Positions 25,576 through 34,396 of a stretch of DNA of 38,527 nucleotides are shown here, in pieces. The DNA lies in the NCBI RefSeq assembly GCF_006345805.1, contig NW_021835920.1, positions 1-38,527 of the forward strand. Direction: 5' to 3'. Positions within the stretch are counted from its first letter, which is position 1, and each line of letters begins with the position of its first letter. A model generated the notes under the pieces. It worked only from the letters and a program-made list of their open reading frames with translations. It ran no database searches and was not told the DNA's origin. Made by a program: the position numbers and the translations under genes. This stretch comes from Octopus sinensis. Its lineage: Eukaryota.

Positions 25576-28500
25576 AGAGCATAGTAGTTTGCTTGAGGTA
25601 TACAAGATACAGTAGAATAATCAATGAAAAAGGAAATGAAGGAAGTTTCTAGCAATGCAGCGATAAAGGTTCCTCAACATTCGTCTCTGCATTGTTACAA
25701 GATTTCCTCATTTCGTTTATTATTCCACACACACACACACACATTTACAAGTGAGGAGACCCCACCACACTTCGGTCATGAATGACCATGGGGTTGCATC
25801 TAGAAAGTTCCCCTCTTAGGTACAAGTCCGGGCAAGGTTGTTTTTATGGAAGACCAGCAGTCGCCCCTGCATACCAGCCTCCCCCTCTTCACACCACCAG
25901 TGTTATCCAAGGGAAAGTCAAAGGGGCCGATACAGCTTGGCACCAGTGATGTCGCAACTCTTTTCTACAGGCTGAAACCGGACGTGGTTCCTCTTGATGA
26001 TGTCTTGAGCTAATTGGGTCCTATAAAGAGCTGTTGTGGTAGCAGACCACGAAACATGGTTGAAATTCCCACTAGATCAACGTGAAATAAAGTGTCTTGC
26101 TCAAAAACACAACACGCAGCCCGTTCCAGGAATCGAACTTGCAACCTTACAATTGTAAACTCGACGCTCAAACTACTGAGCCATACGCCTTCACATTTAC
26201 AAGTACGTATTTATATTTATATATGTATCTATGTATTTACGGATGGATGGATGCGTGGATGGATGGATGGACGTGTTTTTCTACGTGCGTTTGTGTTTCT
26301 CCGCTCAACTGCTTGACAGCCGGTGCTTGTTTGTTTACATCCACACAACTTAGCGGTTCGGGCAAACGAGACCAATAGAATACGTGTCAGAATTTAGGAA
26401 AAAATATAATTAATACTAGAGTCGATCTATTTGACTAAAACCGTCAAGACAATGCCCCAGCATGGTCGCTGTCCAGTGACTGAAACGAGCCAGAGATAAA
26501 CGATATCCCCGACTGCAATATCTTACATGTAATCGGCCAGTACGCTATCACTGATGAAATAAAAAAATATCTGCTGTATGGTCATGGCTAGGTTGTCTTC
26601 CATTAAACGTCTGTTCTGTCACAACTGACAAGGAACTAACCAACAACATTTTTTTTAGTCCACGGGCATATAGCGTAATGGTTAAGAGCGCGGGCTACTA
26701 ATCCCAAGATAGCGAGTTCAATTCCAGGCAGTGCCTTGAATAAATAATAATAATAATAATAATAATAGTGACATCAACAAAATAATACCTTAGGAATGGG
26801 AACCCAGGGTTGGGTTCAAAATTCTACTAGGACACCCGATGAAGGCTGGAGAGTAAATCAGCCGAAACGTTGTGGTAACAACAAACAAGATGAGGACACA
26901 TATCCGTCCAATGTAGAATTCAGTACATTATTTACATTATTTACATTTGACGGATATTTGTCCTCATCTTGTTTGTTGTTAACACAACGCTTCGGCTGAT
27001 ATACCCTCCAGCCTTCATCACGTGTCCTGGTAGAATTTTAAACCCAACCCTGGGTTCTCATTCCTAATGGTTTTAAAAAAAATAATAACACCAGCAAAAA
27101 AAAACCCAAAAACAATACCTTAGGAATGAGAACCCAGGGTTCGGTTTAAAATTCTACCAGGACACCTGATGAAGGCTGAGGAGTAAATCAGCCGAAATGT
27201 TGTGGTAACAACAAACAAGATGAGAACACATATCCGTCAAATGTAAATAATGTAAATAATGTACAGAATTCCTCATCTCTAAAATATAGAACAACAACAA
27301 TAACTGTAACAGTAGCAGCAATATCAATTATAATATCTAACCTGATGGTTGCACAGGCACATCGAGGTGGGGTCCATTGGAACTGTACTTTGCGTAGAGA
27401 TTTTTTACTTCCGAAGCTGACTACACTCAGACAACGGTCAGGTTGGTATAAATAGCCATCAGGTCGGACAGAGAACTTCCCGTTGCCACATTTTGGTTGG
27501 TCACTCTCAGTCGTGGCTAACAGGTCAGTTATTGTAGTACGACCACTGTAACTCTCGATGGTAACTGGAACAGAAATGAGGTGAATTAAGGTCACAGAAA
27601 AGGGCATGGTTTTTGCAAACAGTTTTTTTTTTGCAGGATCATCATCATCACGTGGTGAAAGCTTTTCGGAAAATAAACATTTTTTGGCAAGAACAAAGAT
27701 TTTTGATAGGCAAAATATTTTAACAAGATGAAAGATTTTAGCAGGGTCAACAGTTTGACCAGATCATCATTTTAGTAAGGACAAAATTATAGGAAGGTCA
27801 ATGTTTTTAACAAGTTATTTTATAATTTTTTAAATTTAAATTCTTAGTAGATTAAATTTTTTTAGCAGAGTCACTATTTTGACGAGGATACTCATACTCT
27901 TTTACTCGTTTCAGTCATTTGACTATGGCCAAGCTGGAGAACCTCTTATAGTCGAGCAAATCGACCCCGGAACTTATTCTTTGTAAGCCTAGTACTTATT
28001 CTATCGATCTCTTTGTAAGTAGAATTCGGTCGACCTAATTTCTTGTAAGTAGAATTTGGTCGACCCCAGGGAATACCGTTGATGGTCTTTTGTAATTGTT
28101 CACTTAACACCACCACCACCACCACCACCACCACCACCAGGCCTATCATAACTTATGTTGGAGTCAACTCTGATGAAAGCATTTGGGTTGGCTCACTGGT
28201 TTCAGAATTTCTTTCTTCCCCTCACCGTTCTTCGAAGCTTTCAATAAGATAACCCTCCCCCCCAACCAGCCCTTCTTCCTCTCACCTAAACGGGGATCTT
28301 AATGGGTTGAAGATATTACTAACAGAAATTTCTAGTGCAAGCTACGCCTCGGAAACGTGGGCCTAAAATCTGAGGATACCATTCAAGATAGTTCTGAAAA
28401 TTCGGTTTTGTAATCTATTAAAAAACAAGTATCATTACTTCAATAGAGACCACATAAATCTGTACAAAATCTTGCTTGGCCTGTCCTGTATTATTAGAAG

Positions 28501-30195
28501 GTAATAAGTACTGCTTTACGACCGACCCACAGGGCCAGTTACTCCCAGATTCGATGGCGCATGAATGACCGAGATCCCAACATGCCCCTCACCCCCGAAA
28601 GGGACGCTCACCCGTCGCAGGGTTACTCATTTACAGCCGAGTGGATTGGGGCAACATGAAATGAAATGTTTTGCTCAGGAACACCACGCATCGTCCGAGC
28701 CGGGAATCGAAACCACGCTCCTGCGATGGTGAATGGAACATCTTAACCACAAGACCTCGCACCTTCACTCAAAAACCAAACAAAAAAATAGGCTATTTCT
28801 GTAAGAAAATTCTATCAAAACTTGACACACACCATTATCGAAGTCATAAGAACGAAGGTCCCGATATTCTTTCAAATTTTGGCAAAATGTCAGCAATTTT
28901 GAAAAGGGGGTGAAAGTCGATTACACTAACCCCAGTTTTCAAATACTATCTATTAAATCGATTCCGAAAGAATGAAAAGCAAAGTCGATATCCGCGGAAT
29001 TTGAGCCGGACGAAATGCCGCTAAATATTTTGTCCGACGTGGTTACGGTTCTGTCAGTTCGCCGCTTTATCTGGTCGCGTAATAAGAAAATAATACCAGT
29101 GACAATATAACGCGCCAGACCTGGCAGTAAACCGCCTAAAATGTTGGATCTCTTCGAACTGTGGAGACACTGGGTTACCAAACGCAAAAGCGGCAAGTTA
29201 AGCATCCGATCAAAGATATTAATTATGGTCCAAATGGCAGGAGATAGCGAGAACCCGGGAGTCCGGCGAGGATTAAGCTGCTAACAAAATTTCAGAAGAT
29301 ATGACTGAAGTTACTGCAAGGCGGCGAGCTGGCAGAAACGTTACCACACCGGGCGAAATGCTTAGTGGGTATTTCGTCTGTCTTTACGTTCTGAGTTCGA
29401 ATTCCGCCGAGGTCGACTTTGCGTTTCTTCCTTTCGGGGTCGATAAATTAAGTAACAGTTGCGTACCGGGTTCGATCAACTCAATTGGCCCCATCCCCCC
29501 AAAATTTCTGGCCTTGTGCGTAGAGTAGAAAAGAATCGTTAGCACGCCGATGAAAAAAATTGCTTATCAGCTTAACGTTCGTCTTTGGGATCTCAGTTCA
29601 AATTCCGCCGAGGTCGACTTTGCCTTTCATCTTTTCAATGACGATAAAATAAGTATTGAGCACTCTAAGTCGATGTAATCGGCTTACTCCCCTCCCCGAT
29701 ATTGCTGTCTTTGTGCCAAAATGTGAAACGAATAAAGCGTTACTTTCGACATTTCAAAAATTTTGTTAGTTTATAAACATTGAGAAGCCACCCACACACA
29801 CAAAAACGAGAAACACCAAAACATTAGGCAAAGGTTTGTAACTGGTTAAAATCAATATATAATATGAACTAGATATATAATTACATGTATAGCTTTGTCC
29901 AACTTCGTAACCATTTTTGGCGCCAGCAACCCGCAGCCAAAACACTGGATCACCGTTGTGATTTTGGTTCTTTCTTTCTTCCTGGCTGTTGAGTTGCCAA
30001 CTTTTTGGACAAGGTTTGGCAGCAAACGACTGCTTTGCTGAAGAATTAGATGTTGAGAATGGAAATATTAAAAATCGATAGATACATGAAAGGTTATTTA
30101 GTTTTAAGTTTACAGACAGATGCATAACGAAGTAAGATTGATGGTTAGCAAGGTAAATGGTTGGATAGTTAAACAAAACAACAGATATGAGACAT

Positions 30196-30226
<31 letters not shown>

Positions 30227-30519
30227 TTGGAGATAAATAGGTCATCAATGTGTTTTATGATATATGTACTTATGTATGCACACACACACACACACACACA
30301 CACGTGTGTGCAGATACACAGAAAATTCTGAAAAACAAAATAACTTGATATCAATTACATAGAAAATATAACACAGACAGAAACAGATCTAATATACACA
30401 ATACAAACATACATAAACATACCTAACATACGTATACAGATATATGCACATGTATATGGGTATATGTATGTGTGTATATATATATATACACGCATTCACA
30501 TACAGAGAGATAGATAGTG

Positions 30520-30578
<59 letters not shown>

Positions 30579-30608
30579 TCAATGAAAGAAATAATATAGA
30601 TATATATG

Positions 30609-30649
<41 letters not shown>

Positions 30650-30693
30650 GCACTCACCTACAGATAGATGGACAGATATATATATATATATAT

Positions 30694-30763
<70 letters not shown>

Positions 30764-30886
30764 GGATGGATCGAGAGATCAATGAAAGAAAAAATATAGA
30801 TATATACCAGCCAATATTAACACCAGCAGGATGAAGGAATCGATCATGTGACCGGAATATCGTCTTAGAAGAGCTGCTGCCAACAT
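12932..30886 (-). CDS. Spliced gene (11 coding exons) for a secreted protein: signal peptide, Reeler-like, 2x CC-X9/10-C, anaphylatoxin-like, acidic/basic tail; 698 aa as read, 745 aa if the GAA-tract indel is repaired
   Basis: Exon lengths 79, 153, 223, 83, 65, 186, 148, 134, 235, 193 and 598 (739 repaired) nt. All introns are GT-AG and phases chain 1,1,2,1,0,0,1,0,1,2 with no internal stop. Totals of 2097 or 2238 nt are divisible by 3. Confidence 0.88.
13880..14527 (-). mobile_element. Stack of three SINE family B/B' copies in intron 10
   Basis: Three consecutive copies (~13880-14070, ~14072-14292, ~14305-14527), each with GGCGG/GGTGG-AATTTGA(A/T)CTC and a decayed (A/G)TCGAC...ATGAAAG core. 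Confidence 0.85.
14733..15045 (-). mobile_element. tRNA-derived SINE family C
   Basis: Minus-strand head AGTGGTTAGAGCGTCGGTCTCACAATCATGAGGTAGTGAGTTCAATTCC, core TTGAGCAAGACACTTCATTTCACGTTGCTCCAG. A homologous copy lies at 25765-26192. Confidence 0.8.
15169..15361 (-). CDS. Coding exon 10: anaphylatoxin-like 6-Cys module
   Basis: Acceptor TTTTACAG|GC, donor CAG|GTAGGA; 193 nt, phase 1 to 2. Encodes [11 protein letters not shown]...FC...[15 protein letters not shown]. Confidence 0.88.
15645..15821. repeat. 62-bp perfect direct repeat flanking a 53-bp unique insert
   Basis: 15645-15706 equals 15760-15821; the insert is 15707-15759. Confidence 0.8.
16337..16571 (-). CDS. Coding exon 9: hydrophilic linker
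   Basis: Acceptor TCTTGCATTTAG|GCC, donor AAAG|GTACGG; 235 nt, phase 0 to 1, open frame ARDLSLSG...VSKRLK(G). Confidence 0.85.
17330..17470 (+). mobile_element. Penelope-terminus-like short repeat with a degenerate hammerhead vestige (intron 8, antisense to the gene)
   Basis: TTGAA-GAGC-gtag-GCTC-GAAA-C-GTA-AAAGA at ~17354-17383; same family as 7960-8080; followed by (TA)n. Confidence 0.5.
17893..17976 (-). mobile_element. pogo/Tigger-like DNA transposon end fragment
   Basis: The minus strand CTGTAATCCCTCGACTATCGCGG...CCCGCGATAGGTGAAAATCCGCGAAGTAG resembles Tigger-type termini (from memory). Confidence 0.5.
18100..18295 (-). mobile_element. SINE family B' fragment
   Basis: GGCAAAGTCGACCTCGCCGGAATTTGAACTCAGAACG core. 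Confidence 0.75.
19500..19797. repeat. (TATC)n with a recurring CTGTCCACCTGTCTGT variant (24-bp higher-order unit)
   Basis: Direct reading; the variant unit occurs 6 times. Confidence 0.9.
20167..20300 (-). CDS. Coding exon 8: end of the second Cys module
   Basis: Acceptor TTTCTTTTAG|CT, donor AAT|GTAAGT; 134 nt, phase 1 to 0. Encodes (A)ESRYECFAK...YQTNPLAN. Confidence 0.9.
21093..22218. mobile_element. Non-autonomous element with long imperfect terminal inverted repeats (intron 7)
   Basis: CTACGTTTTAGATGTCGGAGATTACGAATATGCAAA (~21147-21182) pairs 35/36 with ~22130-22165. The outer ends AGTTTTGCA...AAAAAATGCATT are also inverted. Confidence 0.65.
21730..22014. other. ~285-bp fold-back (MITE-like) nested in the TIR element
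   Basis: Arms ~21765-21866 and ~21878-21979 are highly complementary (GTGCCTTATAATGTAACACACTCACCGGTAAAATTTCCACTT and its reverse complement are perfect); weaker pairing extends to 21730/22014. Confidence 0.88.
22515..22744 (+). mobile_element. SINE family B, near full length
   Basis: GAGCTGGCAGAATCGTTAGCACGCCGGGCGAAATG...GAGTTCAAATTCCGCC...CCCCTTGTGGGCAATAAAGAAATA; ends ~60 bp from the exon 7 donor. Confidence 0.88.
22805..22952 (-). CDS. Coding exon 7: ECF...QLC...TCC Cys module (not in the ORF track)
   Basis: Acceptor CCAACCACAG|GAC, donor TTG|GTAAGA; 148 nt, phase 0 to 1. Encodes [49 protein letters not shown]. Confidence 0.88.
23781..23966 (-). CDS. Coding exon 6: QLC...TCC Cys module
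   Basis: Acceptor TCTCTTTGCAG|AAG (an in-frame alternative CAG lies 6 nt downstream), donor ACG|GTAAGA; 186 nt, phase 0 to 0. Confidence 0.88.
24396..24460 (-). CDS. Coding exon 5 (not in the ORF track)
   Basis: Acceptor TTCTTTCGATTTCAG|AC, donor ATG|GTAAGA; 65 nt. Only the phase 1 to 0 frame is open: (D)[21 protein letters not shown]. Confidence 0.82.
24527..24624. repeat. (AAT)n followed by (GAT)n
   Basis: Direct reading. Confidence 0.92.
24640..24810 (-). mobile_element. SINE family B' fragment
   Basis: ATCGACCCCAGTACTCGACCGGTGCTTA...CGCCAGAATTTGAACTC. Confidence 0.72.
25174..25256 (-). CDS. Coding exon 4: C-terminal strand of the Reeler-like domain (not in the ORF track)
   Basis: Acceptor TTTCCCTTTCAG|A, donor AAAG|GTAACC; 83 nt, phase 2 to 1. 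Encodes (R)[27 protein letters not shown](D). Confidence 0.87.
25765..26192 (-). mobile_element. SINE family C copy with a ~100-bp interruption
   Basis: Homologous to 14733-15045 (TTCGGTCATGAATGACCATGG...GGAAGACCAGCAGTC...GTGTCTTGCTCAA); unrelated sequence at ~25975-26075. Confidence 0.75.
26305..26500 (+). mobile_element. Diverged SINE family A 3' fragment
   Basis: CTTAGCGGTTCGG...CCCCAGCATGG...GACTGAAAC. Confidence 0.6.
26664..26737 (+). promoter_or_regulatory. tRNA-like Pol III head (A and B boxes) followed by (AAT)n
   Basis: A box TAGCGTAATGG at 26671-26681, B box GAGTTCAATTCC at 26714-26725, an anticodon-like loop CT-ACT-AA and a partial acceptor stem. The T arm does not pair, so this is not a functional tRNA. 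Confidence 0.75.
26831..26876 (+). ncRNA. Minimal type I hammerhead ribozyme fold, copy 1 (U4C core variant)
   Basis: GACAC-CCGATGA-A-GGCTG-gagagtaaat-CAGCC-GAAA-C-GTT-GTGGT. Confidence 0.6.
26981..27026 (-). ncRNA. Minimal type I hammerhead fold, copy 2 (C3G and GAAA to GAAG; likely inactive)
   Basis: The minus strand reads GACAC-GTGATGA-A-GGCTG-gagggtatat-CAGCC-GAAG-C-GTT-GTGTT, with a full 5-bp stem I. Confidence 0.55.
27161..27206 (+). ncRNA. Minimal type I hammerhead fold, copy 3 (intact catalytic core)
   Basis: GACAC-CTGATGA-A-GGCTG-aggagtaaat-CAGCC-GAAA-T-GTT-GTGGT; predicted cleavage after GUU (27201). Confidence 0.68.
27342..27564 (-). CDS. Coding exon 3: core of the Reeler-like domain
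   Basis: Acceptor ATTTCTGTTCCAG|TT, donor CAG|GTTAGA; 223 nt, phase 1 to 2. [32 protein letters not shown] matches the Reeler C..V.....K..V...W.PP...C...R pattern. Confidence 0.9.
27897..28012 (-). mobile_element. SINE family A 3' fragment
   Basis: GTTTCAGTCATTTGACT...AGTCGAGCAAATCGACCCCGG...AGTACTTATTCTATCG; followed by a short tandem duplication TTGTAAGTAGAATT(C/T)GGTCGACC. Confidence 0.8.
28520..28766 (-). mobile_element. tRNA-derived SINE related to family C
   Basis: Minus-strand head TTGTGGTTAAGATG...GTGGTTTCGATTCCCGG; core CTGAGCAAAACATTTCATTTCATGTTGCCCCA.TCCACTCGGCTGTAAATGAGT. Confidence 0.7.
28870..29070 (-). mobile_element. SINE family B' (diverged)
   Basis: GCAAAGTCGATATCCGCGGAATTTGAG...TCTGTCAGTTCGCCGC. 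Confidence 0.7.
29318..29730 (+). mobile_element. Two tandem SINE family B/B' copies
   Basis: AAGGCGGCGAGCTGGCAGAAACGTTA... (~29318-29525) and GAATCGTTAGCACGCC...TCAAATTCCGCCGAGGTCGACTTTGCC (~29533-29730). Confidence 0.85.
29885..30037 (-). CDS. Coding exon 2: end of the signal peptide and start of the Reeler-like domain
   Basis: Acceptor CTAATTCTTCAG|CA, donor ACAT|GTAATT; 153 nt, phase 1 to 1. [23 protein letters not shown] resembles the Reeler G...F.I...G....Y.PG..Y.V segment. Confidence 0.85.
30808..30886 (-). CDS. Coding exon 1: start codon and hydrophobic signal peptide
   Basis: ATG at 30886 (in-frame TGA 4 codons upstream; second ATG at 30847) encodes [26 protein letters not shown]. 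Donor G|GTATAT is phase 1 and rather weak. An acceptor TTTAG| at 30919 implies an unlocated 5' UTR exon further upstream. Confidence 0.75.
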
Positions 30887-30956
30887 CAATACGGTTCAGA
30901 TACCACTTTTCTATATACCTAAATGATATATATATATATATACACACAGGTGTGAG

Positions 30957-30987
<31 letters not shown>

Positions 30988-31439
30988 TTATATATACTGC
31001 AAATGGCGGGGTCTAAAAAGCTAGACACGCGAACAACAGGTCACTGTGAGCTTCTGTGTCTCATTTAAGACCCTTCTCTATATTTATAGGGAATTCTGTA
31101 AGGGGAGCGGGGTATGTGATGTGTGGGGTGGCGTAAAGGTAGCTGGGTTTGGTTGTGGTGGCGGTGGTGGTGGCGGTGGTGGTGGTGGTGGTGGTTGTGA
31201 TGGGTTGTAGGCAGGTAAGTGGGTGCTGGTACGTGAAAGGTAAGAACCCGACCAACCCCTATATCTCGGCTCTATCTCCCTATTTTGTTTCTTTCTTCTT
31301 TATTTTTTTGTTTTTCAGCTGTTATAGTAAGAAGTACCCACCGTTAGCAGCACCGACACCACCACCACCACCGTCAACATATACCTCTTCTGTAAATACC
31401 CCACCCAGCACCAAACCGCACTGCATGGCACTGCGTCGT

Positions 31440-32040
31440 CGCTTGCGTATAACGACCCCATCACCACCACCGTCGCCACCACCGCCACCACCACCACCAC
31501 CACCACCACCACCCCACCACCGATACCATCACCACCAACACCACCACCATCACCACCACCACCGATACCATCATCATCACCACCACCACCACCACCACCG
31601 ATACCATCACACCAACACCACCACCATCACCACCACCACCGATACCATCATCACCACCACCACCACCACCACCACCGATGCCATCATCATTACCACCACC
31701 ACCACCACCTCCACCACCGATACCATCATCATTACCACCACCACCACCACCTCCACCACCGATACCATCATCATCACCACCACCACCGATACCATCACCA
31801 CCAACACCACCACCACCACCACCGATACCATCGTCATCACCACCACCACCACCACCACCACCACCACCACCACAAACACCGCTACCATAACAACCACCGC
31901 CGCCATCTTCTCCACCACCAACACCGTCACCCCCATCATTTCCACCACCACCACCACTACCATCATCACCACCATGACAACCATCACCGTCACAGCCGCC
32001 GCCACCATCACCACCACCACCACCACCACCGTTGTCACTA
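31440..32040. repeat. (CAC/ACC)n-rich trinucleotide tract with ACCACCGATACCATC subrepeats
   Basis: Direct reading. Confidence 0.92.
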
Positions 32041-32309
32041 CTGTAATAACATCCTTCTCGTCCTCATCGCCATCGCCCTAGCCTTATTCATCCGTGTTGT
32101 TTTCGTCGCCAACATACCCACCACCTCCACTACACAATAGTACAAGAAACACCTCAAAAACCGAGATAGTCACGTCTAGAATGTCTTTAATTATTGGTGT
32201 TCCCATTCTGGGCTGCCTATGGCTAAACAATGCCAAAGCCTCTCTCTCCCTCTCTCTCTCTCTTTTATCATATTCTCTAGCGAAGGTCACTGGCCTCTGC
32301 AAGTTTGAT

Positions 32310-32344
<35 letters not shown>

Positions 32345-32639
32345 GAGAGGTGAGGAAATAAAAGATAAGAGAAAAAGAGGGGGAGAATAAAGAGCGGGAT
32401 GTGTTAGAATGGTGTTTGAAAGACAGACAGACAGACAGACAGAAAGACAGACAGTTAGGTACACGTGAGTCCGCACTCGTGCTCTCACGTGCAAACATAC
32501 CTTTACAGGGAAGGCGAAAACAAGAAAAAACAATATCTATCTATCTATCCTGTCTGCTCTGTCTGTCTGTCTGTCTGTCTGTCGTTCTGTCTATCTACAA
32601 ATCTATTGATTTCTCTGTCACTCTCTCTCTCTCTACACA

Positions 32640-32850
32640 CAACACATATATTATTTTTATATATATACATAATATATGTATATATATTATATATATATTA
32701 TATATATACTATTATATATATACATATATATATGTATAATAATTAATATATATATTATATATATATTTAATATTATACATATATATTATACATATATATA
32801 TGTATATATATATATATGTATATATATATATTATATGTATATATATATAT

Positions 32851-32881
<31 letters not shown>

Positions 32882-32902
32882 AATGTATATATATATATAA
32901 TA

Positions 32903-32958
<56 letters not shown>

Positions 32959-33020
32959 GGTGTGTGTGTGGTGTGTGTGTGGTGTGTGTGTATATGTGTA
33001 TTGTATATATATATATATAC
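32640..33020. repeat. (TA)n/(TG)n microsatellite
   Basis: Direct reading. Confidence 0.9.
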
Positions 33021-33039
33021 CGCCGTGAGCGGTACATCA

Positions 33040-33476
33040 GTTGCACGATGTGGAGAATATACCGCCAACTTTGCTCAAACGACCTGAACATTAGCTTCAA
33101 GGTTCATCCAAGATTGGGACCACGGGCCATACGTTTCCTACCCAATTCAGGATCACAGCATATATGTACACTGCAACATAATTTCTTTTCCTCATCAGGC
33201 CCTGCCCTATTTAACATTGTCCCGAAAGAGATCAAAGAGGAAAAGGATCCCATCAACTTTAAACGGAGTCTGGATAGATTCCTTCAAGGAATACCAGATA
33301 AGCCACCCATAATTGGATACAACTCACCCAACAAAAACTCACTACTTGAATGGACCATAAACAAAACTTGACTTAAACAGGACTCAAATAATCCTATCAG
33401 GTGGTGCTATTAAGTTAGACATGGCCTGGACCAATCTTTGGTCGAAACATATCTAAGTTTATCTAAGTCTAAGTTT
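33040..33476 (+). mobile_element. CR1-group LINE 3' fragment (ORF2 C-terminus, 3' UTR and CTAAGT-type tail)
   Basis: HPRLGPRA...FFSSSGPALFNIVPKEIKEEKDPINFKRSLDRFLQGIPDKPPIIGY...NSLLEW matches the GP.LFN.LP......FK..LD.FL..IPD.P C-terminal motif of CR1/L2-group ORF2. Stop at 33369-33371. Confidence 0.8.
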
Positions 33477-33663
33477 ATATATACATATATGTATATAAAT
33501 ATATATATACACATATAGATATGTGTATGTTATATATTATATGAATAGTATAACAATATATCTATGCAGCTATAAATATCTATAACGTCGTAGTATCGAA
33601 TACGATATAGATGTATACAGTCAACTATTTATATATGTGTCCATGGCCTGGACCAATCGTTGG

Positions 33664-33724
33664 TCGAAACCGCGGTCCTACGACTGCGATTCCGCTGCCC
33701 TAACCACTGGGCCATTGCGCCTCG
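33664..33724 (-). mobile_element. Isolated tRNA-like SINE head
   Basis: The minus strand reads GAGGCGCAATGGCCCAGTGGTTAGGGCAGCGG...GGTTTCGA; similar to the head at 7445. Confidence 0.65.
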
Positions 33725-33764
33725 ACATGAATGAATACATACATACACACACACACACACACAT

Positions 33765-34203
33765 ATTCTTTTATTCTTTCATTTGTTTCTGTCGTTTGAT
33801 TGTGGCCATGCTGGGGCACAGCCTTGAGGGTTTAGTCGGACGATTCGATCCCAGTATTAATTTTTTTTTAAAAAAGGTACATTGAACCCCCACTCTTTTG
33901 CTGAACCGCTAATTCATGTCGAAGTAAACGAATCAATCGTTCATCAAGCGGTGGTGGGGGACAAACACAAGAACACCCGATCATAAATACATATATGCGC
34001 ATTCGCACGTGTGCACACACAGACACACAAACGCACGCGCATACACAAGATGAGCGTTTTTCAGTTTCCGTCAACCAACTCACTCCAAGGCTCTGGATGT
34101 CCTGAAGCTATAGCAGAAGACACCTACCCATGGTGCCGCGCAGTGGGACTGAACCCGGAACCATGTGGTTGGGAAGCAAGCATCTTACCACGCAGCCATG
34201 CTG
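33765..34203 (-). mobile_element. SINE family A, diverged full-length copy
   Basis: Homologous to 11620-12061 along its length. Confidence 0.82.
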
Positions 34204-34324
34204 TTATATATACATACATATATATATATATATATATGAACTAATACGTATGTATGTATGGTGAGGTAGACAATGTGAGAGGAATAGAGGAAACGAAATG
34301 AATATAAAGCAGTAAAAGGGTGGA

Positions 34325-34341
34325 GAGAGAGAGAGAGATTC

Positions 34342-34396
<55 letters not shown>

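Larger units (their letters stand above)
26784..27292. mobile_element. Three copies (+,-,+) of a ~150-bp Penelope-LTR-like unit: 26784-26915, 26916-27067, ~27114-27292
   Basis: Shared TAGGAATG(A/G)GAACCCAGGGTT...GACAC...ACAACAAACAAGATGAG.ACA.ATATCCGTC. Copies 1 and 2 form a ~280-bp palindrome centred near GAATTC at 26916-26921. Confidence 0.85.

Noticed and set aside
26664-26737. Functional tRNA gene (also the heads at 7445, 12061, 18700 and 33724)
   Set aside because: A and B boxes are present but the cloverleaf is incomplete (T arm unpaired), and the heads are attached to repeat bodies.
28170-28180. CTGATGA at ~28171 (also ~26551) as additional hammerheads
   Set aside because: No stem II closing into GAAA and no stem I partner.
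25174-30037. F-spondin, reelin or FRRS1 orthologue
   Set aside because: No spondin, TSP1, reelin-repeat, DOMON or cytochrome b561 sequence follows the Reeler-like part. The usual GFLL motif is also altered (TDLLA), so no gene symbol is given.
31149-32081. 310-aa mucin-like Thr/His/Pro ORF
   Set aside because: Produced by an (ACC)n tract that is stop-free in several frames and on both strands; no codon diversity or supported splice structure.
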